Origin: Candidatus Saccharimonadota bacterium
GTDB taxonomy: Bacteria; Pseudomonadota; Gammaproteobacteria; Enterobacterales; Enterobacteriaceae
DNA length: 32,000 nucleotides
Assembly: GCF_000090965.1 (NCBI RefSeq)
Contig: NC_008513.1
Location: 240,001 to 272,000, forward strand
Direction: 5' to 3'
Both the position numbers and the translations under genes were made by a program. The notes under the pieces were generated by a model. It searched no databases. It was not told the origin of the DNA and was given only the letters and a program-made list of their open reading frames with translations. Below, one piece after another: positions 26,634 through 32,000 of the stretch (positions within the stretch are counted from its first letter, which is position 1; each line of letters opens with the position of its first letter).

Positions 26634-28787
26634 TTATTTTATTATTTGGAATAATTCAATAATATCACTGATTTTAATATCATTATAATTTTTAATTCCT
26701 ATACCACATTCCATACCGCGACGAACTTCTAAAACATCTTCTTTAAAATGTCGTAGTGATTCTAATTCACCTTCATAAATAACTATGTTATTTCTTAAAA
26801 TTCTTATTGGATTATTTTTTTTAATTATACCTTCAATTACCATACACCCTGCAATTAATCCAAATTTTGGAGATTTAAATATATTTCTAACTTCTGCTAA
26901 TCCAATAATTTTATTTTTATTTTTCGGAGTTAATAATCCTAATTTAATATTTTTAATATCATTAATTAAATCATGTATTATAGAATAATATCTAATATCT
27001 AAATTTTCTAATTCAATAATTTTTCTTGCGGAAAAATCTGCTCTAATATTAAATCCAATTAATATAGAAGTAGTAGTCATACTAAGAGATACATCAGTTT
27101 GTGTAATAGCTCCTACTCCAGACATAATAATATTAATTTTAATAGATTTATCAGATAACAATTTTAAGGAATCTAAAATAGCTTCTAAAGAACCTTGAAA
27201 ATCAGTTTTTAAGATAATATTTATACTTGATTGATTTTTTATATTAATATTATCAAATAAATGATCAATAGTAGTTTTTTTTTGATTAGAAAATTTTAAT
27301 TCTCGTAATTTTTTTCTGCGATATATAGAAACAGCTCTAGCTTTTTTTTCATTATTAACAACAGTAAACAGATCTCCAGTATTAGGAACACCAGATAAAC
27401 CAAAAACTTTAATAGGAATTGAAGGAGATGCAGATAATACATCTTTATCATATTCATTTTTTAGTAATTTAATTTTACCATATTCTAATCCACAAATAAC
27501 AATATCATTAATATGTAAAATACCTTCAGAAATTATTATTGTTGCTACCGGACCACATTGTTTGTCTAAATATGATTCAATAACTATACCTTCAGCCATG
27601 CTTGTATATGAAGATTTTAATTCTAATATTTCAGCTTGAAGTAATATATTAGATAATAAATTATCAATTCCAAAACCTGTTTTTGCTGATACTAAAACAA
27701 ATATGTTTTCTCCTCCAAATTCTTCAGGAATAATAGAATATTTAATTAATTCTTTTTTAATAATTTCTAAATTATTTTTAGTTTTATCAATTTTATTAAT
27801 TGCGACTATAATTGGAACTTTAGCATTTTGAGCGTGTTGAATAGCTTCTATAGTTTGAGGCATTACGCCATCATCTGCAGCAGCTACTAAAACAACAATA
27901 TCAGTAACATTAGTACCACGAGCTCTCATGGCAGTAAAAGCAGAATGTCCAGGTGTATCTAAAAAAGTTATTGTTCCTTTTTTAGTATTTACATGATAAG
28001 CACCTATATGTTGTGTTATACCACCTTTTTCTTTAGAAGCAATTTTAGAAGATCTAATATAATCTAATAAAGATGTTTTTCCATGATCTACATGCCCCAT
28101 AATTGTTACTATAGGTGGTCTTTTTTTTTTTTTAGAAATATTTAAATTACGATTTTTCATTAAAGAAACTTCTAACATATTTTCTTGATGTAAAAATACT
28201 TGATAACCCATGTCTTCTGATACTAATTGAGCTGTATCTTGATCTAAAATTTTTTCAGAAGTTGCAGAAATACCTAAATTTAATAAATTTTTTATAACTT
28301 TAGAACTTTTAATTGCCATTTTTTTAGATAAATTAACTACTGATATAAAATCTCCTATAATTATTTTTTTATTAAGAATTTTAGACGGTTTAACAAATTT
28401 TTGTTGTAATTTAGAATTATATATTTTTGTTTTAGAAATTCTTTTTTTATTAGAAAAAAATCGTTTTTCAGAATTTTTTGAAATAAATATTTTTTTTTTT
28501 TTATTATTTTTTATATTTTTTTTATTTTTATTAATATTAGTATTCTCTTTATAGTTGTTTGTTAATTGATTGAAATTTTCTTTTTTTCTTTTTTTTTTAG
28601 ATTCTAAATTTTTAGAATCTTTTTTTTTAATTCTTAAAATATTTTTTTTATTTAAAATATTACTTTTTAATATTTTTTCTTTTTTTTTTTCAAAAAAAGA
28701 ATTAATATTTTTTTTATTTTCTTCTTTATTCACAGATTTTAAACTTATAGATGTATTATTTTTTGAACAAATATTTTTTTTTTTCAT
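26634..28787 (-). CDS. infB: Translation initiation factor IF-2
   Basis: 717 aa (E. coli 890; the N-terminal region is shortened and very lysine-rich). G-domain [39 protein letters not shown]-terminal domains match well ([14 protein letters not shown]). Confidence 0.96.
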   Translation of the reverse strand: MKKKNICSKNNTSISLKSVNKEENKKNINSFFEKKKEKILKSNILNKKNILRIKKKDSKNLESKKKRKKENFNQLTNNYKENTNINKNKKNIKNNKKKKIFISKNSEKRFFSNKKRISKTKIYNSKLQQKFVKPSKILNKKIIIGDFISVVNLSKKMAIKSSKVIKNLLNLGISATSEKILDQDTAQLVSEDMGYQVFLHQENMLEVSLMKNRNLNISKKKKRPPIVTIMGHVDHGKTSLLDYIRSSKIASKEKGGITQHIGAYHVNTKKGTITFLDTPGHSAFTAMRARGTNVTDIVVLVAAADDGVMPQTIEAIQHAQNAKVPIIVAINKIDKTKNNLEIIKKELIKYSIIPEEFGGENIFVLVSAKTGFGIDNLLSNILLQAEILELKSSYTSMAEGIVIESYLDKQCGPVATIIISEGILHINDIVICGLEYGKIKLLKNEYDKDVLSASPSIPIKVFGLSGVPNTGDLFTVVNNEKKARAVSIYRRKKLRELKFSNQKKTTIDHLFDNINIKNQSSINIILKTDFQGSLEAILDSLKLLSDKSIKINIIMSGVGAITQTDVSLSMTTTSILIGFNIRADFSARKIIELENLDIRYYSIIHDLINDIKNIKLGLLTPKNKNKIIGLAEVRNIFKSPKFGLIAGCMVIEGIIKKNNPIRILRNNIVIYEGELESLRHFKEDVLEVRRGMECGIGIKNYNDIKISDIIELFQIIK

Positions 28788-28958
28788 TAGTATTTTTATT
28801 TTTTTTTTTTAAATTTCACTGATTAAATAATCTCTTAAATAATAAATATATTTCAATAAAATATTTAATATAAAAAGTTTTATTTAAATTTTGTTTATTA
28901 AAAATCAAATTTTTAAAAAAATTTATATTATATATTAAAAATATTACAAAACTTTTTT

Positions 28959-29008
28959 AAAAAAATTTAATACTTATTAATATATCTTTTATTATATTAA
29001 TAAGTATT
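28959..29008 (-). terminator. Terminator-like 16-bp palindrome immediately after nusA
   Basis: Perfect inverted repeat aatacttattaatata (28969-28984) / tatattaataagtatt (28993-29008) with an 8-nt loop. It begins 19 nt after the nusA stop. On the minus strand it is followed by aaa + T7. The stem has only 1 G:C pair, so stability is low and a chance A/T palindrome cannot be excluded. Confidence 0.3.
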
Positions 29009-29026
29009 TTCATATTTTAATTATTT

Positions 29027-30514
29027 TTATGAATTTTCATTAAACCAACAAATATTCCGAGCTTCCATAATTAATGACCAGCTTGTGCGGAAGAAAAGAA
29101 AAGAAATATCATGAAGATCATCAATACTTTGTTCTGCTAGATGTTCTAAAGTACATATTTTTTTTTCTATTAACTGTTGAATAATAAATTTATTAATATT
29201 TTTTAAATTTGCAAATTCAGAATTTAAATATTTTTTTTTATATATTTTAATAGATTTCTTTTTGTCATTTTCTAAAATAAATATAGCTTTTTTCTGCATG
29301 TTTAAAACAACATCTGTTTTAATTCCTTTAATTGATAATAACTGATTAATAGAAGCATAAGCAATTGATTTAATAGAAGAAAAACCAGAATGAATTACTA
29401 ATAAAATATCATTTTCTGTAAAATTAAATTTATTTTTTAATATATCAAAAAAATTATTTTTTTTTGATTTTTTTATTTTAATAATAGGATTAGAAGTAAT
29501 TATATTTAATTCCCATCCAGTTAATTGAGAAGCTAATCTTACATTTTGTCCATTTCTACCAATTGCTTGTGCTAAATTACATAATTTAACTTCTATATTA
29601 ATTACATGATTAGTATTATCCAAAAAAATAGAAGATACATCAGCGGGTGCCATAGAATTAATAACAAATTTTTTCGGATTATTATCCCATAAAATAATAT
29701 CAATTCTTTCTCCACATAATTCATTAGAAACAGCTTGAACTCTAGAACCCCTCATTCCTACACATGCTCCTACTGGATCAATTCTCTCATCATATGTGGT
29801 AACAGCTATTTTAGAACGTAAACCAGGATCACGTGCAATTGCTTTAATTTCTATAAATTTTTCTCTAATTTCAGGTACTTCAATACGAAATAATTCAATT
29901 AACATATCAGATTTTGATCTACTTATAAATAATTGAGCACCTTGTTTTTCATAAGAAATATTATATAATATACCTCTAACTCTATCATTAATTCGAAAAT
30001 TTTCTCTTGGTAACATATCTTCACGCATAATAATACCTTCAATATTATTACCAACGTCTAAAATAATATAATCTCTACTGATTTTTTTAACAATACCTAT
30101 AATAATTTGACCTTTTTTTTTATCGAATTTATTAAGAATTATTTCTTTTTCAGCTTCTCTAACTTTTTGTATTATTACTTGCTTAGCAATTTGTGTAGCA
30201 ATACGATCAAAAGTTACAGAATCAATGCAATCTTCTATATAATCACATAATTGAATTTTTTTATTTTCAAATCGAGCAGCTTCTAATGTAATCTCTTTTG
30301 TTGGATTAAATACATTATTAACCACTAACCATCTTCTATATGTATTAAAACTACCTGTACTACGATTTATGCATACTCTAATATTAATATCTTGATTATA
30401 TTTTTTTTTGGTAGCAATTTCTAAAGCACTTTCTAAAGCTTGAAAAATCTTTTCTCTTGGAATAGATTTTTCATGTGAAACAGCATCTACCACAGATAAT
30501 ATTTCTTTGTTCAT
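29027..30514 (-). CDS. nusA: Transcription termination/antitermination factor NusA
   Basis: 495 aa, the same length as E. coli Nus[26 protein letters not shown]1 domain, KH domains ([48 protein letters not shown]), C-terminal ARNICWF. Confidence 0.96.
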   Translation of the reverse strand: MNKEILSVVDAVSHEKSIPREKIFQALESALEIATKKKYNQDINIRVCINRSTGSFNTYRRWLVVNNVFNPTKEITLEAARFENKKIQLCDYIEDCIDSVTFDRIATQIAKQVIIQKVREAEKEIILNKFDKKKGQIIIGIVKKISRDYIILDVGNNIEGIIMREDMLPRENFRINDRVRGILYNISYEKQGAQLFISRSKSDMLIELFRIEVPEIREKFIEIKAIARDPGLRSKIAVTTYDERIDPVGACVGMRGSRVQAVSNELCGERIDIILWDNNPKKFVINSMAPADVSSIFLDNTNHVINIEVKLCNLAQAIGRNGQNVRLASQLTGWELNIITSNPIIKIKKSKKNNFFDILKNKFNFTENDILLVIHSGFSSIKSIAYASINQLLSIKGIKTDVVLNMQKKAIFILENDKKKSIKIYKKKYLNSEFANLKNINKFIIQQLIEKKICTLEHLAEQSIDDLHDISFLFFRTSWSLIMEARNICWFNENS

Positions 30515-30539
30515 ATCAGTTATCCTTAAATTAAAAATG

Positions 30540-30567
30540 GATATATTGAACTAAATAAAGAATTCAA
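30540..30567 (-). promoter_or_regulatory. Candidate sigma70 promoter for nusA (weak call)
   Basis: On the minus strand: TTGAAT (30567-30562), a 16-nt spacer, then TATATC (30545-30540). This sits about 25 nt upstream of the nusA ATG, with an AAGGA SD in between. Such hexamers arise easily by chance in this composition. Confidence 0.2.
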
Positions 30568-30693
30568 AGAAAAAGAAAATTTTTTTCAATCAAAATAAAA
30601 AATAATATTTTTATATACAAAATTAATTTTAATATATTTAAAATCTTATTTTTAATTTTATTTAAAATATTACTAAACTAATTAAATTTAATA

Positions 30694-30720
30694 ATAAAAA
30701 ACCCCGAATTTTTCGGGGTT
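30694..30720 (-). terminator. Rho-independent terminator of the secG-tRNA-Leu unit
   Basis: aaccccgaa (30700-30708) ttt ttcggggtt (30712-30720) forms a stem with 4 consecutive G:C pairs. On the minus strand a T-run follows (plus-strand A-run 30696-30701). It lies about 80 nt downstream of the tRNA-Leu(GAG) 3' end. It is the strongest hairpin in the window. Confidence 0.85.
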
Positions 30721-30799
30721 AAAATTTTAAATAACTATTTTAAATATAAATACACATAATATAAAAAATAAAAAAGAAAGAAAAAAGAAATACATTCTA

Positions 30800-30888
30800 T
30801 ACCGAAGATGGGAATCGAACCCATATACTTATTTAAATTAAGTACTATCACCTCAAGATAGCGTGTCTACCAATTTCACCACTTCGGT
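30800..30888 (-). tRNA. leuU: tRNA-Leu (anticodon GAG), no encoded CCA
   Basis: The reverse complement is ACCGAAGTGGTGAAATTGGTAGACACGCTATCTTGAGGTGATAGTACTTAATTTAAATAAGTATATGGGTTCGATTCCCATCTTCGGTA. Acceptor stem ACCGAAG/CTTCGGT, anticodon loop TTGAGGT. It is collinear with E. coli leuU and lies downstream of secG as in E. coli. The variable arm is long and all A/T. Confidence 0.9.
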
Positions 30889-31039
30889 CAAAATTTTTGT
30901 TTTTTCAAATATAAATATTATATAAAATAAGTTAAAATATTTAAATAAAAAAAAACAAAAATATTTTTAATAAAATATATTTTATATATATAAATATCAA
31001 TATACTTTAATAAAATTTTTAATATAAAATTTATAATAA

Positions 31040-31288
31040 TTACATATGTAAATTGTATATAGCCCAATTACTATATCTACATAAGATTAAACATACCAAA
31101 AAAAATATTATTAATAAGATTAATATAACATAAATAAATACATTACTTTTAGAATTTTCAGTAAATAATTGTGATGAATAATCGTTTGTTGTAGTAGATA
31201 ATTCATTACTAGTACTAGATTGAAATAAAATAATAGCAATTAACATAGAAGAAATAAGGGTAAAAATGATAAATAAAAATGTATACAT
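31040..31288 (-). CDS. secG: Protein-export membrane protein SecG
   Basis: 82 aa with two hydrophobic segments. MYTFLFIIFTLISSMLIAIILFQ matches E. coli MYEALLVVFLIVAIGLVGLIMLQ. The secG-leuU arrangement is conserved. Confidence 0.78.
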   Translation of the reverse strand: MYTFLFIIFTLISSMLIAIILFQSSTSNELSTTTNDYSSQLFTENSKSNVFIYVILILLIIFFLVCLILCRYSNWAIYNLHM

Positions 31289-31514
31289 TTAAAACACCAT
31301 AAAAATATTTTTTAAAAAAAATTATATATTAATAATTAATATATAATTTTATGCTATTAAAAAATTATTTGTTATTGATAATGAAATTATATTTAAAAAA
31401 TTAAGAAATTAAATTCTATTAATATCTTAAAATTTTTTTTTAAATAGTAATATAATTTATTTTATAAATAATTATAGTTAAAATTTTCTTTATTAAAAGA
31501 GTATACACATTTTT

Positions 31515-31557
31515 AAAAAATAACAATGATATCTATTCTTTAGAATAGATATCATTG
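31515..31557 (-). terminator. Candidate rho-independent terminator of ftsH
   Basis: 15-bp perfect inverted repeat caatgatatctattc (31524-31538) / gaatagatatcattg (31543-31557) with a 4-nt loop ttta. On the minus strand it is followed by tta + T6. It lies about 165 nt downstream of the ftsH stop. Confidence 0.55.
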
Positions 31558-31721
31558 AAATAAATGAAATTAATATATTTTATTAAAAATTTTAATAATT
31601 TTTAAAAAATAATTAAAATCATTTTTATGAAAAACATTTGTATAAATTTTTTTTATATTAAATTAATATTTGTAGATATCTTTAAAATCAAAAATATTAA
31701 TTAATATATTTTTTTTTTTTT

Positions 31722-32000
31722 TTAAGAACATGTTATTTTCCTTGACATTAAATCTTTAATTTGTGAAGAGTTTATTGTTTCATATTTAAGTAATGCATCT
31801 TTCATTGCATGTAAAATATCTATATTTTCATTTAAAATTTTTTTCGCACGTTGATAATTGATATCAATTAATAATTTTACTTCTTCATCAATAATGCGAA
31901 TTGTTTCATTAGATATAAATTTTGAATTTATAACTGATTTTCCAAAAAAAACTTCTTTATCTTCTTCTGAATATAATAAAGGTCCTAATTTTTCTGAAAA
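31722..32000 (-). CDS. ftsH: ATP-dependent zinc metalloprotease FtsH (C-terminal 92 codons; 5' part outside window)
   Basis: The reverse-strand frame is open from the window edge to the TAA at 31724-31722. [23 protein letters not shown]...[56 protein letters not shown] matches E. coli FtsH [23 protein letters not shown]...[56 protein letters not shown]. Confidence 0.93.
   Translation of the reverse strand, partial: [92 protein letters not shown]

Noticed and set aside
26785-26988. 67-aa ORF antisense to infB
   Set aside because: It lies inside the conserved C-terminal domains of IF2, has a low-complexity hydrophobic translation, and nothing supports it.
28570-28812. 80-aa F-rich ORF overlapping the infB start region on the plus strand
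   Set aside because: It is the translation of poly-T runs that mirror the lysine-rich N-terminus of IF2. It is pure low complexity (FFLFF...).
1-32000. Alternative genetic code (UGA=Trp) as in some tiny symbiont genomes
   Set aside because: All conserved proteins are full length under code 11. fabD terminates at TGA at the position expected from E. coli FabD. Trp positions I checked are encoded by TGG.
1-32000. Mobile elements, prophage, plasmid-derived or defence/toxin-antitoxin modules
   Set aside because: I recognised no transposase, integrase, IS-type terminal inverted repeats or unassigned ORF clusters. Every sizeable ORF has a housekeeping assignment in conserved enterobacterial synteny.

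Overview
Extremely A+T-rich, gene-dense window; intergenic DNA is almost pure A/T. It looks like a reduced-genome Enterobacterales insect endosymbiont. Gene content and order fit Buchnera aphidicola best, probably a strongly reduced lineage. That is an inference from memory-based comparison with E. coli proteins and gene order, not a database search. I can support 28 protein-coding genes, 4 tRNA genes and several hairpin terminators. The genes are minD (cut by the window edge), minC, rsmC, ompA-like, flgF, flgH, a truncated flgI, rluC, rpmF, fabD, fabG, acpP, holB, ycfH, asnS, trhO/yceA, valS, argI, ridA, deaD, pnp, rpsO, truB, rbfA, infB, nusA, secG and ftsH (cut by the edge). The tRNAs are Leu-UAA, Cys-GCA, Ser-UGA and Leu-GAG. 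The standard code applies: fabD ends in TGA inside an ATGA overlap with fabG. I see no mobile elements, CRISPR arrays, defence or toxin genes, or unassigned multi-gene cassette. Every ORF of 60 aa or more is either a recognisable housekeeping gene or an antisense low-complexity artefact. I therefore do not claim a novel system. What merits a second look is the pattern of genome erosion. The flg locus is reduced to flgF + flgH + a C-terminally truncated flgI, with no flgG, flgJKL or rne at the expected positions. Conserved operons have precise excisions: plsX/fabH, fabF..tmk, pyrBI, nlpI, rimP/metY and glmM/folP. Long in-frame poly(A) tracts reach 18 nt. All tRNA genes lack an encoded CCA. A few structured, relatively GC-containing islands sit in otherwise featureless spacers.
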